A stretch of DNA of 64,000 nucleotides from Yuukianura sp. NJ FZ-2021. Taxonomy: Eukaryota. Shown here one piece after another: positions 37,629 to 48,983 of the stretch. Both the position numbers and the translations under genes were made by a program. The notes under the pieces were generated by a model. The model made no database searches. It was not told where the DNA came from and saw only the letters and a program-made list of their open reading frames with translations. The stretch spans positions 7,936,001 through 8,000,000 of the forward strand of contig CM102284.1 in assembly GCA_046563655.1 (NCBI GenBank), in the 5' to 3' direction. Each line of letters opens with the position of its first letter. The first letter of the stretch is position 1.

Positions 37629-40108
37629 TTATTCCTGATTTTTACTTTGAAATAAGGCTCGTCTCTCTTCGTTTTTCTTCTGCTTCGCCAGTGCTTCACG
37701 TTTCTTCTTTTTGCGCAGTAGTTTCATAAAGTTCATCTTCTTTTCGCCTTTTCTTTTTGCATTTTTCATTTTACTTTGCGCAATCGCTTTCAGTTCGTGT
37801 CGTCCACTTTCGTTAAATTTTTTGGACACTTCGGACAGATTTTCATCCGAATTGAGGAACTGCTCGAAAACGCCTTTCAAACGTTCGTCCTTTTCGGTGA
37901 AAAAGAAACTCTCTTTTTTGAAAAACGATTGCGCTCCAGTAGCAGCACCGGGATGCTTGGCAGTAGCAGCACCAGGATGCTTGGCAGTAGCAGCACCAGG
38001 ATGCTTGGCAGTATCTGCAATTGGAGTTGACATCGATGGCCCATCCCTCTTGACCTTCTTGCTGTCCGTGACCTTATCTTCGTCATCAGATGAGTCGTAC
38101 TTAAACGGATTTTTGTTCCAGTTGTCCCTGGGTTTCTCGGTTTTTGATTTCGATTTCAGTTGTTCCGGCTTGGTTTTGTCGATACTAGTCTCAGTAGTTC
38201 CAAATTTTTGAAGAATGCTGAAAGAACTGCCAGTATTTGGTTCGGATTCTTTTGAAAACAAAGTTTTCAAATTTTCGGCTACTTTGAACGTGGGTTTGGC
38301 AGTTGGATCTCTCAGTTTTGCTTTTTCTTCATCAATGGCCTTTTCTGCTTCTTTTTGCTTCAATTTCTTCTTCTTCTTTTCTGTAATTTTAGTTTCTGGG
38401 TCTGGAACAATTTCAGCGACTGGAGGAATCGCTGACAGTACCGATGTTTCTGGATTGATAATTAGCTTTTGATGTTCTGGAAGTGTCGGATCGAATCGGA
38501 TGAAACTCTTCCTAGCCGAAGTCGGTTTCGGTATCGGTTTGGATACTGTAGCTGTTGGGCCCATCAGTTTCTCCAGTACTTCCAACTGCAAGTTTTTTTC
38601 AGAAGTGTCCAAGATGCTTGATGCTTCAATTGAACTGGTATCGGCAAAACGCTCGTCAAGTTGAAACCTTGAGTCCCCGCCATACTTTGATTTCAGTTTC
38701 AGCATTTTCTGGCCTGTTGCTCCTTCGTATTGTGGTTTGACGCTGAATGAAATGTCATTGCCTTCCGTCTCCTCATCAGCGTCTTCATCATCTGCAAACA
38801 GCGCTTCATTGTTTCCAGCGATTCTTGAATTGGCGTCTGGTACGCTTGGTGGCTCTATTCGTCCTTGGCTCAAGGAGTGACGAATTATGTTAGAACGCTG
38901 ATTCAGTTGTTGTCCACGGGCAGTGAGGGACTTCAGCCTAAGTTCATCTGATTTTGCCTTCTTGTGCGGATTTACTTTCAGTTTGAATCCATTAGTAGGA
39001 GGGGCAACAGCGCTGGACGTGTCTGGAACAATCGCTGCGGGTTGTACTGGAAGTATCGATAACGGCCTGGAGTGTACCGTTTCCGGTTCTGGAGCTAGAT
39101 TCGGTGTCGTTTTGGCACCGGAGAAGAGCGATGCACCGAAAGATGCCAGGCCACGGAATTTCGGGATTCCGTCTTTTTCGTCGGCGGAAGAATCGTCGTC
39201 TTCAGAGTCATCGGAACCTGAATCGCTGTGATTTCGTTTCTTCGGCTTAGCTGGACTGACCTTCTTTTGTTTCGATTTGGGAGACGTGACACTGACAGGA
39301 ACGGAGATTGACATGGACTTTTCAGAATCTTCTTTGTCTTGCTTTTGTGCCGGCAGCACTTTGCTTGGAATCTTCTCCGGAGTCGAGTTGGTATTGTCCA
39401 GATCGTCAGATTTCAATTCTGCAGCGTTATCTCCGTTGTTCGTTGCCTTCTTCCGCGGAGCATTGACGATTCGAGCTTCTTGAAAACCTACGAGATTGCT
39501 GGCAAATCCGTGCTCATTTTGAAGGACAAACTTTGGGGGATGAAGTTTCGTAGGTTTTGGTTGGGGTGCATGGTTCAAATGATTGTTGTTGAAACTGGTG
39601 TTGATGTCGCTGGTGCCCACAATTTCAAAGTTAAAGTTGGGTGGTGGTCTTGGTCTCTCCGGCTTAAACGATTTTCGCTGTAGTTGGTCACGCAGTGGTC
39701 CCTCTGCAGGAGTTGCTTTGGAGTTTTGATTATCTTGACCTTGTTGACCTTGCGCACGCTCTCGTTTTAATTTCTCCAGGAAACTCTCCTTAGCATACTG
39801 TACTTTGAGTGTCAGTCCTTTCCAGCGTGTGTTATTCAGAGTATCAACACCTAAAAATCAAACAATTTGTAAACAAACGCTTTCAAGTTCATTACTTTTT
39901 GAAAAAAAAGGAAGGTCCACTTACACTTTCGCATTGCATGAATGTCGTCGAACACCATATTCATGAAGGCAAAGTGGTCATCGTTTTTTGAACGTAGTTC
40001 TACTTCCTTCACGGTTCCAAAACTTCCAAACCTTGACTTAAGTTCGTCTTCTTTGACGTTAGAATGAACATTACCGATGAAGAGGCGCTTCGAGATTGCC
40101 TCCGACAT
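37629..40108 (-). CDS. NOL8: Nucleolar protein 8-like (N-terminal RRM), 2 exons
   Basis: RRM KRLFIGNV...RFGSFGTV, followed after splicing by LNNTRWKGLTLKVQYAKESFLEKL. Also DSRFQLDERF and RFDP motifs, and a Lys-rich C-terminus. Confidence 0.85.
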
Positions 40109-40427
40109 ATTTTCTTGGATAGACCTGTAGATTAGTCCTTGTACATAGTAAATCAAAAAACGATGTTATTCGTCTTTTGATAATTTAATTTCTACTGTTT
40201 CTAGAATCAAATTTTGAAAACTTTGATGTTGAAGAAAAAAAAAGGAAAATAAAATTGCCAACTGCTCGTGTGGAGTTCAAATTCAGCGCGTGAAATTTTG
40301 GTGTAAGACCCAGAAATGCATAGGCGAAATATTTTTCAGTTGCAACTTGCAAGTTAACAAGTTGTTTGTAACTTACAACTTGTAATGAACTTAATTAATC
40401 AATTCAGATTAACTTTTGTTTTAATTA

Positions 40428-41717
40428 AAAGGGAAACGTAGTTCGTTTATGGGACAGAGCGGACCCGTACGATTTGGCTGAAAATTTAACCACGTGTTCT
40501 CGACAACTATAGGAACAACTTTTGTACAGGGTCCAGATGGGGCATCAAACGGTTTGACCTCAAGGGGTCACCAAAGTCACGGGGTCATCGTATGACAACC
40601 CCCTTCGAGTAAGGTGTCGTTGGAAAGCCCTTGACCTCGTGGTTTAACAAATGTATGGGTATCAATACTTTGGTTCAGGCGTTTAGACGTAAGGGGTCAC
40701 TGAAGGTCAACTATGGAAAAAGTTGCAAAATACCAAAAAGTGAAAATCGTTTCATGACAACCGACAAAATAACTGGTTGGAGAGTAGCAAAGGGGTCCGT
40801 TTTTCTTTTAGTGTGAGCTATGTTTATCAAATCAGGACACAGTGCACAGTCCCTGAGTTAGGTTAGGTTAAGTGTTGAAGGTGCACTGTGTCCTGATTTG
40901 ATAACCTAACTCACACTAAAAGAAAAACGGACCCCATTGCTACTCTCCAACCAAATAACTTATACAAAAGTTGTTCCAATCAAAAGAATATGCAACTTTT
41001 CCCTCTTGCATTTTGTTCTGCGGCAAACAGCTGATGAGATACCGAGGCAGGTGAAACCGGCTAAAAGTAGATTTCAGATAGGACTTTCGCGACGGAAAAC
41101 GGAATCGGATTCTCTTCTACTGCTTTGACTTAAACGACAGCATATTGTATTAAGAAGTTTTTTTCTTGAACCTTTTCCGTGTTTTGTGGGAATCTAGAGG
41201 TGTATAACCGTCGTTATTATCCAATCTCCATATACCGTCGCCAAAGCCCTATCCGAAATCTACTTTTAGCAGTTTTGGCCTTGCTCGGTATCTCATCAGC
41301 TGTTCGCCGTAGAACAAAATGCAAGAGGGAAAAGTTTCCCATTCTTTTGATTGGAACAACTTTTGTATAAGTCATTTTGTCGGTTGTCATGAAACGATTT
41401 TCACTTTTTGGTATTTTGCAATTTTTTCCATAGTTGACATTCAGTGACCCGTTCCGTCTAAACGCCTGAACCAAAGTATTGATACCCATACATTTGTTGA
41501 ACCACGAGGTCAAGAGCTTTCCAACTACACCTTACTCGAGGGGGGTTGTCATAAGATGACCCCACGACCTTTGGTGACCCCTTGGGGCCAAACCGTTTGA
41601 TGCCCCATCTGGACCCTGTACAAAAGTTGTTCCTATAGTTGTCGAGAACACGTGGTTAAATTTTCAGCCAAATCGTACGGGTCCGCTCTGTCCCATAAAC
41701 GAACTACGTTGCCCTTT
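40428..41717. mobile_element. Large foldback element with ~480-bp inverted arms and ~140-bp spacer
   Basis: 40428-~41095 is the reverse complement of ~41235-41717, apart from the nested MITE. No TSD recognised. Confidence 0.88.
40775..40952. mobile_element. MITE family A, copy 3, nested in the foldback left arm (8-bp TSD AAATAACT)
   Basis: Near-identical to 29868-30046. TSD at 40767-40774 and 40953-40960. Empty site present in the right arm. Confidence 0.93.
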
Positions 41718-42021
41718 GTCAATCAATACAGTTCCTTAATTTGTCGTATTTCTTTATTGAAGTACTGCAAAAGTTAAAATGAAATTAAAAACACCTAAAA
41801 TGTAAAGTTAAAACGAAAGAAAACTGGTAAAATTAAAACTCACATTAAATGTTTTTAACCATAATTAAAATAAAAATTTTGTATCTCACTATTCAGTAGA
41901 AGTACCACCACACACACAGTGATATTGAGGCACGACTTAATTAAAACTTGATCAATATGAAATCGAATGTCAATAATCACGTTAAACTTGTACAAATGGA
42001 ATTCAAAACACTGGTAAGAAG

Positions 42022-44445
42022 TTAGCTAAGGTAGTGGTAGGCTGCAGACATGCCCTGGAATTAAAAACATCAATGCAATTAGAAATCAGAGGTAGACATA
42101 AGAAGTCAACTTAGGTTTGTGACCTTGTACCTCCAGACTTTGCGTAGCTGAAAGTGACTTGAGTCGTAAATGGTTCATGTGACATGGTTTGCACATCAAC
42201 CGATCATCCAGTGGGTAACAGCGCTTGTCCGGCTCATCCGTAAGTTGGATTCCACAATCCTAACAATTTAAAAAAAAAAGACATTGATGAGCAATTCGTT
42301 AGGAAAGCTTTAAGCGTTTGAAAGTTTCTACTTTCGTAAAAATGGTTACCTCGCAAGAATAGCAATCAACATGAAAATCTTTTCCCATCGACACGACCCG
42401 TACAGTTTCTTGCGTTCCCTGTAACATCAGAAAGTCAAAACAATTTTATTTATGAATCAAATTAATCAATTGTTCAATTAAAATTATACAAAAATTGTAC
42501 AAAATTGCTACTTCAATTGGTGTTATCGATTTTCCACATGCTGCGCACACTGGTGCAAAAATTTCGTGATAATGTCCAAGACAGTAGATTTTGTTGTCCA
42601 TGTCAATCTGGAATTCAGCAATCAATGCGTTAGTTAATCGAACAACTCATTTTCAATTGATCGGTTAAGCTTACCGTAAAGGGAATCCCGTCAAGACAAA
42701 GATTGCAGACACAACATCGAAAACATCCAGGGTGATACGATCTGGTCATAGCATGTAGAATCTTCAACGATCAAAAAACGTTTTTTTCTGAGTGAATCTT
42801 AACATGAATTGAAACTGACTGATTAATTGAAGCGAATCTTACCGTTTCCATTATTAAATGACCGCACACGACACATCTCTCTGCAGTTTGTTGAAACCCG
42901 GAGTACAAGTAATCTTCTTCGCAAAATACTTTGCCATTGACGTTGTAAAAAGCTTTCCCACGCAGTACTCTTCCACAAGAAACACAAGTGAAGCAAGTAG
43001 TGTGATACAAATGCAGTGTCCCATCGCCACCCATTGCTTGACATGCTGAGCCCTCTCCTACGACTTTTTGGTTACAAGCGTAGCATATTCCGAAATATGC
43101 TTCCTGTTCCTCCATTTCTTGCTCCAGGCGACGAGTCAGTTCTTCCAGTTTCAGTTCAGCTTCAGTCGGACCCTAAAAGAAAGAAAAATTGATCCAAATT
43201 AGGTTATTTTCGAACAAAGTTTAAAAAAACTCCAAACTTTTTCAAAAAATCTATTATCTTACGTTTGTCTTGTGCAAAGTCATTGAAGGTAGAAGTTTTC
43301 GACCTTGCGTCTTCGGCTGCTGGCTGATCTTGGATGCTTCGGAAGTTTTAAGTGGCTGTTGCTGATGCTGGTGCTGCTGCAGTGGCTGATGCTGTTTCAG
43401 CGGTGAAGTTTTCGGGACAAGCACAGTAGGAGGTTGAGTATTACGATTAGGCATTACATTTGTCACTGCGTAGGGAGAGGGTGACGACGTTCCACCGGTA
43501 GTGTTGGTATTATGAATTGGTTTGAATTGATTCACAACAGGAATCTCGGCGTAGAGATGACCCCGGTTGAGTACCGTTTCACTCCGAGCGACTACTCTGC
43601 CGACAACGTTAGTCGATGGAATGGGTTTTTTCACTGGAACTTGCGGACAGGCTTTGCTGATGTTGCTATTCGGAAGACTGATGCTGCTGCCAACATCACT
43701 CAGGGGAGCATAGATGTACTGGCTACCGTTGCCTTCCAAATGTGCAGTAGAAGGCTTGTTATAACCATTGTGACTCTGCTGTAAAGTGTCTAAATTTTCG
43801 TAAATTGGGCAATCCTGATCGTTTTCCAGAGTGTTTGAGTACATCGACTTGTTCAAAGTTATGCTGCCACTGTAGAGTGAAGGAGACGACCGACTACTGG
43901 CAACAGAATTTGCACCGCCATGTTGAAGATGGTGGTAATTCGGTAGTCCAATGCCACCGCTAATTTTATTATGGAAGGCTTCATATGGAGGTGGAGCTGG
44001 CGGTGAATGGAGCGGAGGCGGATTAGTTACAGGAATTTTGCCCAAGTTGGCGTATATTGGATCTTCTGGAAGTCTAGGTGAACTGTGAATGGGAGAAACG
44101 ATGAGGTTAGGTCGATTATTTCCCAGAATCTCTGGAATCAATTGGATTCACTTGGTGAATGGGATATCCACTGGATTGTACGAAGCCTCGTGACTGTTGA
44201 TGCTTTTGATTTGCGGTTGATAAGTTCTTGAAATCGTTGATCATGTCAGCAATGGAACCTCCAGTGGCTGGACTGTTGTGAGATTGTTTTAGATTCAGTG
44301 ACGTTGAACTTGAATTTTGAGTAACAAATTCTGAAGGTAGAGAATGTTCGTAACGGGAATTGCCGTTGGAGGCAGGAGGATTGTTCTTTTGTATTCTGGA
44401 ACGATGCTGCATGTAGGCACTCATTGTATTCGGGTTTTGTGCCAT
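42022..44445 (-). CDS. jub: Ajuba/WTIP/LIMD1-family triple-LIM protein (multi-exon; 5' part uncertain)
   Basis: [93 protein letters not shown]. Confidence 0.88.
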
Positions 44446-45261
44446 GTCGGATACAATTCTTCAGTAGTGCTGTCGTGTCGAGTAGTAGGTCACAGACATT
44501 CTAGATCACGTCATCTCCGGTGATTCACCTCTCCTAGCCATTTACAGCCAATTCCTTCGAATTTGACGTCGATCAGCAAAACCTAAAAAACAAGATTAGG
44601 TCAAACATGCTAATTAAACAGTTTTGAAAAAGGGATGGGTTGTGAGTGATAATGTTTTAAGAAGTAATTTAAGCCGAAGTCCCGTTACCGATTCGGTGAT
44701 CGGTCCAACTTGGACCGTCCAATTATTCGTCTCCTGCTTAGTCAGCTGTGAGTGTGACCCGTTGGATTTCCCTGTGTATACACCATCCTCCGCTAAAGGA
44801 CACCTTTAACATAGTCCAGTTACTAACCATACACCATACCGTCCCTTGCATTCACTCTTATCGCAATAGACGTAGTTAACTTACTTTAAGTACTGCATAA
44901 ATTGCAAACAGTAAACACTTACCAGACTCAAAGCACGATAGAGAGCAGACAATTTGCCCTCCTCCACAAAATACACGAAGCGATAGCCAAATCAAAAATG
45001 ACATAAGATGCCCCTTGTTTTTTTTAGTAGAGTTTGTAAATCTTTTTTTCTCAACCCCAAGCTTCAATGTCACTCGAAGATCTTTAAATTATGATGTCCA
45101 ATTTAGCATAAGGGAAGTTAAGTTGCTTTGCGCGTACAATACTAAAACAAAAACGACGGAAAAAACAAATTGAATTTTTGAATTAGTATTTTAATTGAAT
45201 TGAATATAAAGTTGGCTGGCAATTTTAAAACAAAAAATCGATAATAACATTTAAATATCAA

Positions 45262-47128
45262 TTAGCCAAAGAAGAAATTGGACACTTTTTCCAAGAACGA
45301 AGGAGACTGGGCACTTCTGTCACGGCTGACCTGTTGCGGGGGAGAGTTGATGTTGAATGGGTAGAAATTGGGGCCACCGTTAGCTCTTGCCGATCCTCCG
45401 ACGTTTCCGTAATACTGATAAATTGGTGGGCGTTGTGGACCGGATTGATGGCCCATCGGTAGCCCTCCACTGTTGCCTTGCTGTCCATTGACGTTGTCGT
45501 ACGAATTCGGAAGTTCTGGAGGGCTATTAATAATTTCCGCTTGACCTTGACCTGTTCCTTGGGTAAACGTAGTTCCTAGAATGCCCTTCGTATCGTTAAC
45601 TGGTATTTTGAGTACTGGAAGCTGAATTGGCTGTCGGAATCCTGGTTGACCTTAGGTCAAATGCAAACAAAATAATTTCAATTTACATCAAAAAGGTAAA
45701 AGCGCTATTGAATCAAGAATTATTATTGCTTGTACAAGTGAAATATTAAAACACGACTTGAGACAAAAGGAGATCTTTTTTTTCAATTTTGAATTGTTTT
45801 CGCGCGAAAAATTTTAACCGCAAAAATGACGTGTTGTTGTGTATTGTTAATTTTTTTATCGCAATTCTAATTTTTGTTTTGCTAATTAATTAGTTGATTA
45901 ATCAGCTGGATCGCGATCGTATATTCATCGTAGGGACTCCTTTCCTTAAGTAAATACTGAGGGGCACGCAATGGCAACCATTAAAGGAAAAGTAGCACGA
46001 GACGATACTCCACGTCCGCTCAGCAAGCAAGGGGTAAGTTAAAAATTTCAAAATTACTATAAATTGATTAATCTCAGCTTAACAATTACTTAGACTAATC
46101 GTATTGTATAAAACTTACCATGAATGTTGATACCATCTCTTGTCTCTTCTCCGGTTACTCCGTCTGATGGATAGCCGTTCCATTGGAACAGCTGTGACAC
46201 GGTAGCATCCCCTTCTGGGTCAATGTCAACGTCACTCTTCTTCATAATCGATAGACCACAACATTTGATATAGTGGAAAGGGCAAAGCATGTCTTGGTCT
46301 TGTATGACGGTAAGTTTACTTTCCTGACATTCTTCAGATGACATACATTGACACTGATGATCATCCGTCATCTCTTCAGTCAACTTTTGGTCATTTGCTG
46401 AAATCGTTATCAGTCTTCCATGTTCTGCTATTTCCTTTTGTATCTGATCTAGTGGTTCACAGCATCGAACTTTGTCATATGAACAATGGAATCCGAAGCT
46501 GTAATCGGTGTGTTCGTCTTGACAGTCTTCCCGTGCTCGACAATTGCATTTTATTTCCTGTTTTGCTAATTTCGTGTCATCGGAAGTATTGTCATTTCGG
46601 TAACTTGGATCCTCTTGTAGTTTTTCCTCGATTACTGGCAGTATCCGAATTACAACTTTTGATCGATTAGTTTCTGGCGGAGTCTCGTCAATTTGCGCTG
46701 CGATTTTTTCATCATAAAAATCGCAGCAATATTGGTGATTTTCCGGGCAACTGATTTCCTGTGCCTTTTGATAGAATTCAAAAGGAAGGAAAAAATTTCC
46801 AAATAATTACAACGATTAGCCTCTCAAAAATCTTTCGAATTGACCAACTTACACGCAATGAGGATTTAGCAATGGATAATTTGCATAGGTTAGTTCTAGG
46901 TAGACAGTGACATGACTTCGGGTCAACGTTTGTGTATGGTTGAAGCAGATTTCCGGAAGCTCGTAGGCTTTTGTCAGTTCTAAAAATTTAACATAACGAG
47001 TTAGGTGTTGTAGATTTGCAATAACTTTCCCATTACTAATTCAATTACTTTGTATTTTCTGTCGGCAGGGGCGATGATCCAACAATTACGAAGATGCTGA
47101 GAAGCAGAATAATTGCAGCAGTATCCAT
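45262..47128 (-). CDS. Secreted protein with three Cys-rich clip-like modules and a Gly/Pro/Gln-rich tail (4 exons)
   Basis: Signal peptide MDTAAIILLLSIFVIVGS. Modules CHC..C..C..YCC, CNC..C..C..RCC and CQC..C..C..KCC. Last exon ends SNFFFG*. Confidence 0.7.
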
Positions 47129-47458
47129 TTTCCAAAAGTTTTTTGAAACTTCTACGTCCGATCCTTGATTTTTACTAAATTTCCTTAGGATTGATGCATT
47201 TACCTAAAAAGTACCCTCAATTCCTTAAGCTTTGTGTTTTTGTTTGTCTCCCTTGAATTTGGATCCCTTGAAGGGTTTGTGATTGAACTTGACCTAGAAT
47301 GCCAGTGAAGGCCCCCTTGTCAAAAATAGCATCAAACCTTTTACTTTTAAACAGAATTTGATGAAGTTGAGGTTGAAGGAAGTGCAAACCTTAAGTGTTC
47401 TGCTAATGGACTTTCGATGTTTTGTTAATTTCGAAATTTTGGTATCTTTTTTTTTCAG

Positions 47459-48573
47459 GGAGGTGATGGCAAAAAAACAACAAAAGCGAAATCTACGAAG
47501 TCCCCCGTCAAGACAATCCTTGTGCTTCTGTCCATCGGTGTCGTTTTCGTTGGTGTCTTTTTGGCCTTGGATGGGAAGAAGGCAGTGAAGCATGCGTTTA
47601 ACAGCTATTTCAAGTCAAAGGACTCAAAAGATGTTTCCCATGATGACACAAATGAAAAGGAACAAGAACAAGTCAAATTGAACGCAGACTTGGATTGGTC
47701 CTTAAGTCCCCTAAGTGGCTTTCCGTTTCTGACTGATGAGGAGATCAAATATGTCGATGGCGGGAAGTCGTATTTGGTTATTCTGGGACACGTTTTTGAC
47801 GTTTCGTCATCGTCAAGCTACAACCCAGGTTCTGGATACCATGGATTCATTGGTACGACACCAAAAACAGTGCAGTTTTCTTATGATTTCATGATTTCCT
47901 ACTTGGTTTTTAGTAATTTTTACAATTTATTGAAATTCAAATAGGGCGAGATGCCACCAGAGCCTTCATTTCTGGTCAATTCGATAGCGATGGACTGATT
48001 AGTGAGTTGGAGGGGCTAAAACCGGCGGATTTTCAAGGGCTCGCTGATTGGTTGAAATTTTATTTGAAAACGTATCCATTCATCGGTAAGAACGAGCGAT
48101 TATAAATCATGATTTAAAACTAACTATGAAAAGTGCTGATTTTTTTTTGGTTTCGTGCAGGATATCATGTAGCTAGATTCTTCGACGCAGAGCAAACGGC
48201 TACAAGTGCTTACAAACACTTTCTGGGAATGCTAGATGTTGCTGCTGAGCAGAAGAAGGCTCAAGAGGCTGTCCAGAAAGAATTTCCGAATTGCAATGTC
48301 GAGTGGAGTGACAAAGATGGAACGAACGTTTGGTGCTCAAAACAAAGGTAAGAAGTCCATTTTTTGATACTTTTGGAGCAGTTGATTATGTTTTGGTTTT
48401 GTAGTGGCGGAGTTGAGCGAGATTTTGTTGGATATCCAGCTATGTTCAAAGAAAGTCCAGACAAGGAAACGCGGTGTGCCTGCGTTCGCGAGTCGCAACT
48501 CCAAGATCCGCGTATCGAACTCTATCCAGGGTGCGACCATAAGAAGCATCGCTGCGACAGAATTGACAAGTGA
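47459..48573 (+). CDS. CYB5D2: Neuferricin (cytochrome b5 domain-containing 2); start exon not resolved
   Basis: YLVILGHVFDVS, YHGFIGRDATRAFISG, FPNCNVEWS...VWCSKQSGGVERDFVGYP, RCACV, YPGC. Confidence 0.9.
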
Positions 48574-48983
48574 TGGGGTAAAACTACTTTCTAGTACGTT
48601 TCAAATACTTTCCAGTACATTTCAGTATGTTTCCGGAAATTATCTTCCTTTCGACTCTGTAATACTTACCATTCCGATGTCAATTACTTAAACAACAAAT
48701 CTTATTCAATCAAAATGCTTACGATTAGTATTCACAAGTGCACTTAATTAGTAATTGATTACTAAGTAATTAGCAATTAGTAATTAATTACTACGTAAAT
48801 TACTTTTGCACTGAGTGCAAAAGTAAAAACAAAGTCTGATTCCGTGATTCCAGTGATTTTAAATAAATGTGATTTTCATAATGTACTATTTGCTTTTCTG
48901 GATTTAACTGAATTTCAGTTTCAGTTTTTAAAAATTAAATCTCAATTTTTTTTTGAATGTTGGAGAGTCTTTGAAAATCAGAT

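Noticed and set aside
40631-41513. Paired ORFs MTSWFNKCMG... on both strands
   Set aside because: Mirror products of the foldback arms; no transposase motifs.
48800-48826. Perfect 13-bp-arm palindrome between neuferricin and AGXT2; also small palindromes at 21788-21833
   Set aside because: Isolated short dyads with no supporting context; not bacterial-type terminators in a eukaryote.
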